Of a DNA stretch of 64,000 bases, positions 8,491 through 18,773 are shown in pieces. The position numbers and the translations under genes were made by a program. Within the stretch, counting starts at the first letter, position 1. The number at the start of each line of letters is the position of its first letter. Origin of the DNA: an uncultured Chloroflexia bacterium (GTDB lineage Bacteria > Chloroflexota > Chloroflexia > QHBQ01 > JADMIH01); assembly GCA_963797095.1 (NCBI GenBank), contig CAWCNY010000003.1, positions 640,001 through 704,000 on the forward strand, written 5' to 3'. The notes under the pieces are model-generated. The model was not told the origin of the DNA. It was given only the letters and a program-made list of their open reading frames with translations, and searched no databases.

Positions 8491-10656
8491 TCATCGCGGA
8501 AATGCATCCTTCAATCCACCATCCACCGGCAACATCGCCCCCGTCGTCTTGGCCGACCGCTCCGATGCCAGGAAAAGCGCCGCCTCCGCCACATCATCCG
8601 TCTTCACTTCCACCTGCAACAGGTTTCGCTTCCTGTAATACTCCTCCAATTGGTCCGGCTCGATCCCCTGCGCCCTGGCCCGCGCCTCCCTCAACTCCGG
8701 CGACCACACCCCCGACCCCTCAAAGATCGCGTCCGGGTTCACCATATTCGACCGAATCCCGAACGGCGCGCCCTCAAGCGCCAGCACCCGCGCCAGTTGC
8801 GCCTCAGCCGCCTTCGACGCGCTGTACGCCCCGAAATTCTTACCGGGGCTGGTCACGTTCTTGGTAGCGATAAACACCACGCTCCCACCCGTCCCCTGCG
8901 CCTTCATGGTCCTCAACGCCTCTCTCACCACCAGGAAGTGTCCCCTCGCGTTCACAGCGAAGTTCCTCTCCCACTCCTCCAGCGTCAATTCGTCTATGGC
9001 CGCCCCCTTCGCCACCCCGGCGTTCGACACCAGCACATCCACCCCGCCATACATCAACACGGCCTCCATAAACCCCGCCCTCACCGACCCCTCATCGGTC
9101 ACATCCATCCGCACCGCCATCGCCCTGTTATTTGGGTTCGCCTTCGTCAACTCCCCCGCGAGCGCCTCCGCTCGCTCAAGATCCAGGTCGGCGCACACAA
9201 TATGCGCCCCCTCCTTCGCGAACCGGCGCGCAATCGCCGCCCCTATCGCCCCCGCCGCCCCCGTCACAAGCGCCACCCGCCTGCTCAACTCCTTCTCAGG
9301 CGGGGCCAGCGTCAGCTTATACAACTCCAAAGGCCAGTACTCCGCCTCGAACGCGTCCTTCAACCCAAGCGACCTGTACTCCCCTACCCGCTCGGCCCCC
9401 TCTATGATCTCAATAGTGTGCCTGTAAATATCGCCCGACACCCCGGCAGCCCGGCTATCCTTCCCCACCGAAAACATCCCAACTCCCTCCACCAATACCA
9501 CGCGGGGCAATGGCGGCAGCATAGCCTCCCCACTCTCAAACTCCCGGTAATACCCCTCGTACTCCCGCACCCAATCTTCATATCGGCGAACGACGGAGGA
9601 CGAAAGACGAACACCCAGGCCCTGAACATCGTCCATCCCTCCCAAACTTTCATCCTCCGTCCCTCGTCCTTCGTCCGCAACCCACAGCACCGTGCGCCCG
9701 GTATTCAGAATATGGTCCGGCGTCGCAGCCCCTTGCGCCAGCACTCTCGCCATCCTATCCAGAGGCACCAGGTCCCCCGAAACGAACCTCAACACATCTT
9801 CAGAATCGTCAAAGCGCACAACCACCCGCCCATGCGCCCCAAGCACCCCTCGCAATACGGGCGCAATCCGAGCCGCTACCTCCCGCCGCTCAGGAGACGA
9901 AAGACGAACGACGGACGACGAAGGCCCAACCTCAGAAGAAGCACGACTTAAGCCTACATCTTCCGTCCCCGAACTTTCGTTTCGCGCAGCATACCTCGCT
10001 CTCTCCACCATCTCGATATGCAGCCTGTACGCCTCCTTCGGGTCGTCATCCCAGGTGATCAGCCCGTGGTTCAGCAGAATAACCCCCTTGATCCCCGGCC
10101 TCTGCCGAGCCATCTCCCCCACCCACTTCGACAACAAGAATCCCGGCCTCCGGTAAGGCACAACCCCCACCTCATCCCCGAACAGCTCCCGCAGTAGCTC
10201 CTCCCACCGGGTATTGTTGGTCAGCATAAGTATCGCGTCCGCGTGACTGTGCACCACGCTGCGTGCCGGCACAAAAGCGTGCAACAGCGTCTCAATCGAG
10301 GGCCGGGGCGCGCTCGGCTCGACCAGCGTCTGCCCCAGGTAAGCCACCATATCCTCGTCGCTCATCTCGTCGCGCTCCATCAGCGGCAGCACCTCGTCCA
10401 TCCGCACCCCCGGAAAATCCCGTGCCGTCACCGCCTTGAGGTCCGACCCGCTCCCCTTCACCCGCAATACATACACAGGTCGCCCCCGAAAGTCGGTCTC
10501 CCAGGTCTTGAGCGAAGTATTGCCCCCGCCCCACAGCACAAGCCGGGGATCGCCACCCACCAGCCGCGACTGGTAAGCCAGCAACTCCACGTCCGGCAAC
10601 CCCGCCGCATCCTCATCCCGCCACCTCTTCTCAATAGTCGAATCACTCCCGCTCAT
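8491..10656 (-). CDS. Bifunctional rhamnulose-1-phosphate aldolase / short-chain dehydrogenase
   Basis: GGGNTSLK, VKGSGSDL, PSIETLLH, HSHAD, NHGL class II aldolase motifs; EYWPLELYKL; TGAAGAIG and YSASK SDR motifs. Confidence 0.92.
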   Translation of the reverse strand: MSGSDSTIEKRWRDEDAAGLPDVELLAYQSRLVGGDPRLVLWGGGNTSLKTWETDFRGRPVYVLRVKGSGSDLKAVTARDFPGVRMDEVLPLMERDEMSDEDMVAYLGQTLVEPSAPRPSIETLLHAFVPARSVVHSHADAILMLTNNTRWEELLRELFGDEVGVVPYRRPGFLLSKWVGEMARQRPGIKGVILLNHGLITWDDDPKEAYRLHIEMVERARYAARNESSGTEDVGLSRASSEVGPSSSVVRLSSPERREVAARIAPVLRGVLGAHGRVVVRFDDSEDVLRFVSGDLVPLDRMARVLAQGAATPDHILNTGRTVLWVADEGRGTEDESLGGMDDVQGLGVRLSSSVVRRYEDWVREYEGYYREFESGEAMLPPLPRVVLVEGVGMFSVGKDSRAAGVSGDIYRHTIEIIEGAERVGEYRSLGLKDAFEAEYWPLELYKLTLAPPEKELSRRVALVTGAAGAIGAAIARRFAKEGAHIVCADLDLERAEALAGELTKANPNNRAMAVRMDVTDEGSVRAGFMEAVLMYGGVDVLVSNAGVAKGAAIDELTLEEWERNFAVNARGHFLVVREALRTMKAQGTGGSVVFIATKNVTSPGKNFGAYSASKAAEAQLARVLALEGAPFGIRSNMVNPDAIFEGSGVWSPELREARARAQGIEPDQLEEYYRKRNLLQVEVKTDDVAEAALFLASERSAKTTGAMLPVDGGLKDAFPR
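9587..9676. repeat. Complementary GACGAA/TTCGTC-type arrays inside the aldolase ORF
   Basis: cgaacgacggaggacgaaagacgaa ... ttcatcctccgtccctcgtccttcgtcc. Confidence 0.7.
9895..9985. repeat. Second GACGAA-type array inside the aldolase ORF
   Basis: gacgaaagacgaacgacggacgacgaagg followed by a weaker complement ttccgtcc...tttcgtttcg. Confidence 0.65.
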
Positions 10657-10773
10657 ATCTCTCTCCTTTAGCTAGCCGCGCATCAAACAACCCAAGGCCG
10701 AGGCATACCCAACCCCCTCCGCGCCAATCCCAAAAAACCTTCGCGCTCTCAACACCCTTATGGCTCAAACCCA

Positions 10774-10815
10774 CACTCCGCACTCCGCACTCCGCACTCC
10801 GCACTCCGCATTCCC
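10774..10815. repeat. 7-bp tandem repeat (CACTCCG)x5+
   Basis: Direct inspection. Confidence 0.95.
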
Positions 10816-11107
10816 CACTTCAAACTATAAAAACCACCCGAAAGTACACCCCAAAACCTGTCCAGTTTCCCCCACCATTGCCATTTAGTATACGAGGGCC
10901 AGTCCAACGATCAACAACCCCAACCCATGCAAAAACCCCCAAAATAAGCCAATGACCATACCAAAGTACGCATCCATATCATCCGCCCCCGCCCACACTC
11001 TTTTGTCACCCACCATTCACTCCATTTTACCCCCACGACTACCGTCCCTTGCTACACTCACACTGGATCATTATGCCGCTTTCAAAACCTAACCGGGAGA
11101 GCAAACC

Positions 11108-12073
11108 ATGAGAACCAATACCCTCCTGCGCAGCCTCGGCCACGTGCTCGCCACCGTTGCGCTAACCCTTCTAGCCGTCATCCTCCTCTTCGCCGTAGCG
11201 ATCCGCCCCTGGTACATGAACTGGGGAGCCACCGCCGCCGAAGCCGCCCAAACCCTGCCGGGCGACGAGCTACTCGCCCACACCGATGCCCAGCTAACCC
11301 ACGCTATCACTATCAACGCCCCCGCAAGCGCGGTCTGGCCGTGGCTTGTGCAGATGGGCCAGGGGCATGGCGGCTTTTACAGCTACGAGATGCTCGAAAA
11401 TCTCCTCGGCTGCGACATGCACAACGCCGACACCATAGTGCCAGCCTGGCAGAACACCCAGGTCGGCGACCCCATCAGGATGTACCCCGAAGGCAACGGC
11501 GCGCCACCCTTCACCGCAGCCGAAATCATCCCCGGCCAGGCCCTCGTCACCGGCCATACCAACGACCCCGGTGGAGTGCCCGCCCAGGTAACTCCCCAGA
11601 CCGAGTGGAACAGCACGTGGTCCTTCATACTCCAACCCATCGATGCCGACAGCACCCGCCTCCTCATCCGCAGCCGCTCTATCTACGCTGACCCCGTACT
11701 GAACACCATAATGACCGCCGTGGAGCCGGGAGCCTTCATAATGGAGCGCGGTATGCTACAGGGCATCAAGGAACGTGCCGAGCGCGCCCAGGGCCTCCAG
11801 GTAAACTACACCGCCTCCGATGGCTGGTCCATCGCGTTCTTGCTGCTGGCCTTCCTCGGCCTCACTGCCTATGTCTTCGCCGGGCGCTGGCCGCAGAAGC
11901 TCTACATAGCCCCACTGGGCGCGATCCTGTGGCTCGCCGCCGTCTTCTTCGGCTACCCATCCCTGATCTTCGCCGCCCTGATAGCCTTGGCCGCCATAGT
12001 TGCCCTCATCTGGAACTACCTCTGGCCGCGAGAAACACACACAACGCCGGTCCAGGTAACAATCCGCCACTAG
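11108..12073 (+). CDS. SRPBCC-like membrane protein
   Basis: WGAT..E..LPGD, AITINAP..VWPWLVQMGQG.GGFYSY, FIMERGML.GIKERAE; extra C-terminal TM helices. Confidence 0.8.
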   Translation: MRTNTLLRSLGHVLATVALTLLAVILLFAVAIRPWYMNWGATAAEAAQTLPGDELLAHTDAQLTHAITINAPASAVWPWLVQMGQGHGGFYSYEMLENLLGCDMHNADTIVPAWQNTQVGDPIRMYPEGNGAPPFTAAEIIPGQALVTGHTNDPGGVPAQVTPQTEWNSTWSFILQPIDADSTRLLIRSRSIYADPVLNTIMTAVEPGAFIMERGMLQGIKERAERAQGLQVNYTASDGWSIAFLLLAFLGLTAYVFAGRWPQKLYIAPLGAILWLAAVFFGYPSLIFAALIALAAIVALIWNYLWPRETHTTPVQVTIRH

Positions 12074-12080
12074 CGTATCC

Positions 12081-12433
12081 GTAGGCGTGCCCCTGGTTGG
12101 CAATCCTATCGCATTAAAGTCACAAAGGCGTAGACATATAGTGGCACCCCTTGTGGGTTGCTCAGATGGATTGCCACCCAGGGTCAAGTCCCGAAGGGAC
12201 TACCTGCTTGGGGACGTTCAATCCACAACTCTTTCCCCTGGGGCTACTTTCTGCCGTCTCTACGAGACTACTTGCGAGGGTAGTAACGGGGCAAGGTACC
12301 CACGGAGGGCGCTAGCGCTTAGACTATCTTCAGGGTGCTTATACGATAACATTTCCCCGGTGCGTGCCCCTGGTGGTCTTCCCAAAAGATCGCGGTCAGG
12401 TGAGAACGGGCGGGCACGAAGACCCGCCCCTAC
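12081..12433. repeat. REP/REPIN-like mosaic
   Basis: Degenerate GTAG-type REPs at 12081 and 12139, intact minus-strand GTAGGGGCGGGTCTTCGTGCCCGCCC at 12408-12433, internal agtcccgaagggact and ccgtctctacgagact palindromes. Confidence 0.65.
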
Positions 12434-12473
12434 TTTATAATGTCATCCTGAGATCCGCGACAGGAGCCACCGC

Positions 12474-13301
12474 GTGACCCAATACCTCCACCAGAAGCAC
12501 GATCCCCCCGAGCTTGCCCGGACAATCGACCAGCTATCTTTCTGGGCCTCCAGGTTCGGCGCCCTTCTCTTCGACAACCTCGACCTGCGCCCCAACCTGA
12601 ATATCCTCGACATAGGATGCGCCACCGGCTTCCCCCTCTTCGAGATCGCCCAGGTGCACGGTCCATCCTGCCGCGTGACCGGCATAGACCTCTGGCAAGA
12701 GGCCCTCACCCGAGCCGCCGCCAAACAACGCCTGATCCCCCAGGAAAACGTCTCCCTCGTCCAGGCCGACGCCGCCCATCTACCCTTCGCCAACGCCGCC
12801 TTCGACCTGATCGTCTCCAACCTCGGCGTCAACAACTTCGATGACGCCCCCGCTGTTATGTCCGAATGCTACCGCGTAGCCAATCCTGGCGCACGCGTCG
12901 TGCTCACCACCAATCTCACCGGCCACATGAGCCGCTTCTACGACATCTACCGCCAGACCCTCACCGAGCTCGGCCTATCCACCCGCTTACCCCTCCTGCA
13001 AGCCCAGGAGGAACACCGTGGCACCCTCGACTCGGTGCGCTCTCTTCTGCAAAACGCAAGCTTCCAGGTCACCAAAGTCGTGGGAAGCAGCTTCGACCTG
13101 CGCTTCCTCGACAGCGCCGCCTTTTTTAACCACTACCTCGTCAGGATCGGCTTCCTCGACGGCTGGCGCAGCGTTCTACAACCCGAGGAAGAAGGGCAAG
13201 TCTTCCAGGCCCTGGAAAAAGCCCTCGACACCCTAGCCGCCAAAGAAGGCGAGCTTCGCATGACCATCCCCATGCTCTACATCGAAGCGAAAAAAGACTA
13301 A
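12474..13301 (+). CDS. Class I SAM-dependent methyltransferase
   Basis: ILDIGCATG, ADAAHLPF..FDLIVSNLG. Confidence 0.9.
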   Translation: MTQYLHQKHDPPELARTIDQLSFWASRFGALLFDNLDLRPNLNILDIGCATGFPLFEIAQVHGPSCRVTGIDLWQEALTRAAAKQRLIPQENVSLVQADAAHLPFANAAFDLIVSNLGVNNFDDAPAVMSECYRVANPGARVVLTTNLTGHMSRFYDIYRQTLTELGLSTRLPLLQAQEEHRGTLDSVRSLLQNASFQVTKVVGSSFDLRFLDSAAFFNHYLVRIGFLDGWRSVLQPEEEGQVFQALEKALDTLAAKEGELRMTIPMLYIEAKKD

Positions 13302-13318
13302 CCCGCCACCTATTGTCT

Positions 13319-13343
13319 GTAGGGGCGAGGCATGCCTCGCCCT
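13319..13343 (+). repeat. GTAG-family REP
   Basis: GTAGGGGCGAGGCATGCCTCGCCCT. Confidence 0.8.
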
Positions 13344-13397
13344 GCTAGCTATACAAACCATACTCAAAACACGCTCCAAGCACCGAAAGAACCAAAC

Positions 13398-14387
13398 ATG
13401 AACAACAACACCAAAGAGGCACCTCACGGCACACAACAACGCTCCCTGCGCGACCGCGTCGGCATTTCAATTCACGCGATCAGAGGGATCGACCCACCCA
13501 CCTTCGTGGACCGGATTGTCCAGGCCGAGCAGGCCGGGGTCCGCAACCTCTGGGCCACCCAGGGCGCCGCCTCCACCGACCTCCTGACCGCCTACGCGGC
13601 AGCCTTCATGCGCACAAGCGAGATCCGCCTCGGCACTTCCATCGTCCCCGCCTACCCACGCCACCCGCTGGTCCTCGCCCAGCAGGCCGCCACCGCCGGT
13701 GCGTTCGGCCCCGACCGCTTGCGCCTCGGCGTGGGCACCAGCCACCGCTCCGCCATCGAGAACGTCTACGGCCTCAAGATGGAGCGCGCTCTTGCCTACC
13801 TACGCGAATACGTCGAGATACTCCGAGCCGCCCTCTGGGAAGGCAGCGTAGATCATCAGGGTCAATTCTTCACCGCCAGAACCAGGCTGAATAACCCGCG
13901 CAAAGTTCCTATCATGGTAGCCGCCCTCGGCGAGACCGCTTTCCGCCAGGCAGGCGAAATCTCCGACGGCGCTATCTCCTGGAACGCCCCCGCCCGCTAT
14001 CTGCTGGATGTAGCTCTCCCTGGCATGCGGGAAGGCGCGGCAACCGCAGGGCGTCCCACGCCTCCACTCCTGGCCTACATTCCCGTAGCCCTGACCACCG
14101 ACATAGAAGCCGCACGCGCCACCGCCCGCAAAGACCTCAGCGTATACACCCGCCTCCCTTTCTACACCAACATGTGGGCAACAGCAGGCTATCCCCTCCA
14201 ACCCGACGGCTCGGTAAGCGACGACCTGATCGACAACCTCGTAATGATCGGCGAAGAATCCACTGTAGCCTCCCGCTTGACCGATCTGGTCGCCTCCGGC
14301 ATAGATGAGTTCCTCCTGGCAAGCATCTCTCTAGGAGACCCCGACTCCGAACACCAGCGCCTCACCCACTTCATCGGCAACCTATAA
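13398..14387 (+). CDS. LLM-class (luciferase-like, possibly F420-dependent) oxidoreductase
   Basis: LGTSIVPAYPRHP, RLGVGTSH, AALG..AGEISDG. Confidence 0.9.
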   Translation: MNNNTKEAPHGTQQRSLRDRVGISIHAIRGIDPPTFVDRIVQAEQAGVRNLWATQGAASTDLLTAYAAAFMRTSEIRLGTSIVPAYPRHPLVLAQQAATAGAFGPDRLRLGVGTSHRSAIENVYGLKMERALAYLREYVEILRAALWEGSVDHQGQFFTARTRLNNPRKVPIMVAALGETAFRQAGEISDGAISWNAPARYLLDVALPGMREGAATAGRPTPPLLAYIPVALTTDIEAARATARKDLSVYTRLPFYTNMWATAGYPLQPDGSVSDDLIDNLVMIGEESTVASRLTDLVASGIDEFLLASISLGDPDSEHQRLTHFIGNL

Positions 14388-14438
14388 CCCAAATCAAAGA
14401 ATCGCTGCAAAACCATACCAAAGCACTAACAAGATGAC

Positions 14439-14467
14439 CGCACAGATGTTCTATAATATGCTATAAT
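14439..14467 (+). promoter_or_regulatory. Extended -10 promoter with a LexA-like box
   Basis: CGCACAGATGTTCT (one mismatch to GAAC-N4-GTTC) overlapping TATAAT at 14452; TGCTATAAT at 14459-14467. Confidence 0.5.
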
Positions 14468-14495
14468 ATCGGCACCAATCGCGATCAATCGCCCT

Positions 14496-14523
14496 CCGAC
14501 TACCGATTACAGATTACCGACTA
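14496..14523. repeat. 7-bp tandem repeat (CCGACTA-like)x4
   Basis: ccgacta ccgatta cagatta ccgacta immediately before the SWIM start. Confidence 0.8.
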
Positions 14524-14529
14524 CGCCCT

Positions 14530-15904
14530 ATGCACACCTGGACAGCCGAACGCATCCTGTCCCTTGCCCCCGACGCCTCATCCTCTAAGGCGGGGCGCGA
14601 ATTGGCGTCGCCTCGCAAATGGCGGGCCCTGGGCAGGAGCGACTCTGCCCTCTGGGGCGAGCACCAGGGCAGCGGCTCCAAGCCTTACCAGACGGCTATC
14701 GATCTTACCGAGCCTGCCTTCAAGTGCTCCTGTCCAAGTCGCAAATTCCCTTGCAAGCACTGCCTCGGCCTCTTCCTCACCCTCGCCGACGCCCCAACCG
14801 CATTCCCCTCCACAACCCCTCCTCAATGGGCCGCCGAATGGCTCGCCGACCGCGCCGCTGCCGCTCAGCGCGCCGCCAGGCGGGAAGAGCGCAAAGAGCA
14901 CCAGGCCGACGACCCCGAAGCCCGCGCTAAAGCCGAAAAAGCCCAGGCCCGCCTGGCAGCCCAGCGCAAATCCCGCGTAGATAAAGGTGTTGAAGAGCTC
15001 GACCGCTGGCTCCGCGATCTCGTCCGCACCGGCTTCTCCACGCCCAACCTTGCCTCCCCCTCCTTCTGGGATACCCAGGCCGCCCGCCTCATCGACGCCC
15101 AGGCCCCCGGCCTCGCCCGCATGGTGCACAACATGTCCGCCCTCGCCATCCCTGCCGGCAATCAGGCCGTCCGCCACGACCGCCTCCTTGAAGAAGCCGG
15201 TCGCCTCCACCTGCTCCTCCAGGCATACAACCGCCTCCACACCCTCCCCCAGCCCATCCAGGACGAGGTACGCGTCCTGGTCGGCTGGACCCACGACCAA
15301 TCCGACCTCCTGGCCTCCGCCCCCACTTTGCCCGAAACCCACCGCACAACGGGCAAATGGGCCGTCGTCTTCCAGCAAGTGACCGGCGAAGACAAGCTCC
15401 GCGTCCAGCGCACCTACCTGTGGGGCGTCGAACAGCCGCGCTCCGCCCTCATTCTTGATTTCGCGTTCGGCAACGCCCCCCTCGACAAGAGCATGGCAAT
15501 CGGCACCCAATTCGAGGCCGATCTAGTCTACTTCCCCGGCAGCACCCCCATACGCGCCCTTATAAGGGCGCGCCACGGCCCTACAACCGAGGCCGCCGGG
15601 GTCGAAATCGTGGGCGATCTCCGAGGCTATCGCCGCCTACGCCGACTCCCTTAGCCGCAACCCCTGGCTCGACGACTTCCCCATGCTCATCCACGATGTG
15701 ACCCCCATCTGCGACACCGACGACACGGGCCGATGGCAGATCACCCACCTGCGCAACTCCCACGGGGATTGCTTGCCGACCAACCCGCTCGGCGACACCA
15801 CCTGGTATCTCTCCTTGCTGGCCCTCAGTGGAGGCAACCCTATCGCCGTATTCGGCCTCTGGAACGGCACACACCTGACCATGCTTAACGCCTGGACCCA
15901 GTAA
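14530..15904 (+). pseudogene. SWIM zinc-finger protein (YehQ-like), frameshifted near 15575-15620
   Basis: GSGSKPYQ, CSCPSRKFPCKH; the family-typical AYADSLSRNPWLDDFP continues in the +1 frame to TAA at 15904. Confidence 0.85.
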
Positions 15905-15909
15905 CCACT

Positions 15910-17526
15910 ATGAACACTCCTCAATCCTCACCCTACTCCGAAATCTGGGAAGCCCTCGCCACCGCCGCTCTCCTCGGCACCGAGCGCCGCCCCTTCGAGC
16001 TACCCCCACCGGGCGACAATTCGCTGGGTGCCATGCTCGCCAACCTTCACCAGGCAAGCGCAACCAACCCCGAACACACCCTCCTCTCGGCAGTCGCAGC
16101 TCTCACCCTCTACCGCAGGGCAGGCAGCCTTCCCACCAACGACCCCAGCCCACTCCCCGGCTCTTGTCTCCCCGAAACCCTCGCGTCCTGCTCACCACGC
16201 ACCGCCTCCCACCTGCACACCATGCTGGCGGGCGAGTACAGCGCCGCCCTCTCAGAATGGCTCGAAGAGGCCGCCCGCCGGGGTAAGTTCGTCCCCCCCG
16301 ACCAGCTACCGCTCCTCCTCAGCATAGGGCAGACCCAACCCGGCTACCGCCAGTACATCCTCCCCGTGATCGGCAATCGCGGGCGCTGGCTCGCATCGAT
16401 GTACACTCTGAATGACCAGTGGGCCTATGTCCGCGACAGCGCAACTTTGGAAGCACCCGACGAAGATTCTACCCGCGATGTATGGGAAACAGGCAGCCAG
16501 CAAGCCCGCCAGGCCCTATTGCAAAACCTGCGCGCCTCCCAACCCGACCACGCCCGCCGGATGCTCAAATCGGTCTGGCAACAGGAAAGCGCCCCCAGCC
16601 GCGCCGCCTTCTTGCAAGTCCTTCGCACCGGCCTTACAATAGCCGACGAGCCTTTCCTCGAATCCGCCCTCGACGACCAAGGCAAAGATGTGCGTGCCAC
16701 CGCCGCCGACCTCCTCGCTAACCTTCCAGGATCGCGCTTCATGCGCAGGATGATAGATGGCGTCGCCCCTCTCCTCTCCCTCAAACGCGGTAAGCAAGGC
16801 AAACTCTTTGGCGCAACTAACAAACTCACAATCGAAGTTGCCACCACGCAGGAATACACCCCCGCCATGAAGCGCGACAGCATCGAGCAAAAGCCGGGTA
16901 CAGGCAATTTTGGCGAGCGCACTTACTGGCTGCTCCAACAGCTAAGCCGCATCCCTCCTCGCACATGGGTAGAACGGTGGGAAGCCCCAACGCAAGAGAT
17001 CATAGCTGCCGCCTTCCAGACCAAAGAGTGGAAGAACCTCCTGATACAGGCCTGGATCCTCGCCACCGTTCGCCACAACGACCAGGCGTGGGCGGATGCT
17101 TTCCTCTCTTATGGCCTCGCGAAGCTATCCGAGTACGCTCCCGACAGCCTGGTGCGCATCCTACCCGCCGAACGCCGCGACGACCTTGTGAAAACCACTC
17201 TCAACGCCCACCCCGAAGCCCTCTACACCGATGATATGCCCCTATCCATCCTCTGGACTCTTCGCAAGCCCTGGCCCGACGAGGTGTGCCGCGCGGTTCT
17301 CACAAGTATGAGCCACCACATCAAAGCCTCCCCCAGGCAGGGCAACTGGCAGGTCAGCCAATCTATCGCCACCTTCGCCTACTCCATGACCCCCGACATC
17401 CTGCCCGAAGCCGAATCGATCCTGACCACCACCGACCAGACCCCCAAGAACCTCAAAGAAGCCGTAGACGATTTCCGGCAAACCCTCCAATTCCGCAAAG
17501 ATATGCTCCAGGCCCTCTCCGAATAG
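15910..17526 (+). CDS. DUF5691-family protein
   Basis: AALLGTERRP, GNRGRWLA, DEPFLESALDD..K.VR..AADLL, C-terminal LQFRKDML; usual partner of SWIM and AAA genes. Confidence 0.85.
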   Translation: MNTPQSSPYSEIWEALATAALLGTERRPFELPPPGDNSLGAMLANLHQASATNPEHTLLSAVAALTLYRRAGSLPTNDPSPLPGSCLPETLASCSPRTASHLHTMLAGEYSAALSEWLEEAARRGKFVPPDQLPLLLSIGQTQPGYRQYILPVIGNRGRWLASMYTLNDQWAYVRDSATLEAPDEDSTRDVWETGSQQARQALLQNLRASQPDHARRMLKSVWQQESAPSRAAFLQVLRTGLTIADEPFLESALDDQGKDVRATAADLLANLPGSRFMRRMIDGVAPLLSLKRGKQGKLFGATNKLTIEVATTQEYTPAMKRDSIEQKPGTGNFGERTYWLLQQLSRIPPRTWVERWEAPTQEIIAAAFQTKEWKNLLIQAWILATVRHNDQAWADAFLSYGLAKLSEYAPDSLVRILPAERRDDLVKTTLNAHPEALYTDDMPLSILWTLRKPWPDEVCRAVLTSMSHHIKASPRQGNWQVSQSIATFAYSMTPDILPEAESILTTTDQTPKNLKEAVDDFRQTLQFRKDMLQALSE

Positions 17527-17532
17527 GCGGGA

Positions 17533-17567
17533 AATCCGCAATCAAAAATCCGAGATCCGAAATTCAA
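17533..17567. repeat. 7-bp tandem repeat (AATCCGC-like)x5
   Basis: aatccgc aatcaaa aatccga gatccga aattcaa. Confidence 0.8.
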
Positions 17568-17577
17568 GGAGTCCCGA

Positions 17578-18675
17578 ATGACCGCACCCCCAGCCGCAAC
17601 TGCCATCCTTCGCGCTCACGCCGAGCAGGAGTTCGCCGAAGAACTGCACGAACTCTCCAAAGCCGACGACCGCCCCCGGCCCCCCAACTGGCTCCTCTCT
17701 CCCTGGGCCGTCGCCACCTACCTCATGGGCGGCAGGCTTTCCAGCGGATTCGAGGTCTCCCCCAAGTACATCGGCGACCGCCGCCTGATCGAGATCGCCA
17801 TCGCCACCCTCACCACCGACCGCGCCCTCCTACTTCTCGGCATTCCCGGCACAGCCAAGTCCTGGACATCCGAGCACCTATCCGCCGCTATCTCCGGCAC
17901 CTCCACCCTCCTGGTGCAGGGCACAGCCGGCACCAGTGAAGAGTCGGTGCGTTACGGCTGGAACTACGCCCTGCTCCTCGCTGAAGGACCCTCCGAGCGC
18001 GCCGTAGTCGGCAGCCCCATCATGCGAGCCATGCGCGAGGGCAAGGTCGCCCGCGTCGAGGAGCTAACCCGCATCCCCGCCGATGTGCAGGACTCCTTCA
18101 TCACCATCCTCTCCGAAAAGACCCTCCCCATCCCTGAGCTAAACGCCGAGGTGCAGGCCAACAAGGGCTTCAACGTGATCGCCACCGCCAACAACCGCGA
18201 CCGGGGCGTCAACGAGCTATCGAGCGCCCTCAAGCGCCGCTTCAACGCCGTCATCCTCCCCCTCCCCGAAACCGAGGAGCAGGAGGTCGAGATCGTGCGC
18301 CGCCGAGTGGAGAGCATGGGCCGCACCCTCCAGATCCCCGCCGCCCCGCCCACCATCGAGGAGATACGCCGGGTGGTGGCCGTCTTCCGTGAGCTACGCA
18401 GCGGCGTTACCCAGGACGGCAAAACCAAAGTCAAATCCCCCTCAGGCACTCTCTCCACAGCCGAAGCGATCTCAGTAGTCAACAGCGGTCTTTCCCTGGC
18501 CGCCCACTTCGGCGACGGCACCCTCCGCGCCGCCGACCTCGCCTCCGGCCTCACCGGCGCTGTAATCAAAGACCCTGTACAGGATCAGGTAGTGTGGCTA
18601 GAATACCTGGAAACCGTAATTAAAGAACGCGATGGCTGGAAAGACCTCTACAGGGCCTGCCGGGAACAACTTTAG
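17578..18675 (+). CDS. MoxR-type AAA+ ATPase (YehL-like)
   Basis: GIPGTAKS Walker A, RVEELTR, ATANNRDRGVNELSSALKRRFN, STAEAI. Confidence 0.93.
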   Translation: MTAPPAATAILRAHAEQEFAEELHELSKADDRPRPPNWLLSPWAVATYLMGGRLSSGFEVSPKYIGDRRLIEIAIATLTTDRALLLLGIPGTAKSWTSEHLSAAISGTSTLLVQGTAGTSEESVRYGWNYALLLAEGPSERAVVGSPIMRAMREGKVARVEELTRIPADVQDSFITILSEKTLPIPELNAEVQANKGFNVIATANNRDRGVNELSSALKRRFNAVILPLPETEEQEVEIVRRRVESMGRTLQIPAAPPTIEEIRRVVAVFRELRSGVTQDGKTKVKSPSGTLSTAEAISVVNSGLSLAAHFGDGTLRAADLASGLTGAVIKDPVQDQVVWLEYLETVIKERDGWKDLYRACREQL

Positions 18676-18678
18676 GAG

Positions 18679-18755
18679 GGTAGTCGGTAGTCGGTAGTCG
18701 GTAGTCGGAAGACGATTACAGTTCCAAATTCCAAATCCCGACTACCGACCACCGA
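18679..18755. repeat. Complementary 7-mer arrays forming a hairpin
   Basis: (GGTAGTC)x4 ... ccgactaccgaccaccga, with TCCAAAT x2 in the loop. Confidence 0.9.
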
Positions 18756-18773
18756 AAAAGCGAGTACGAACCA

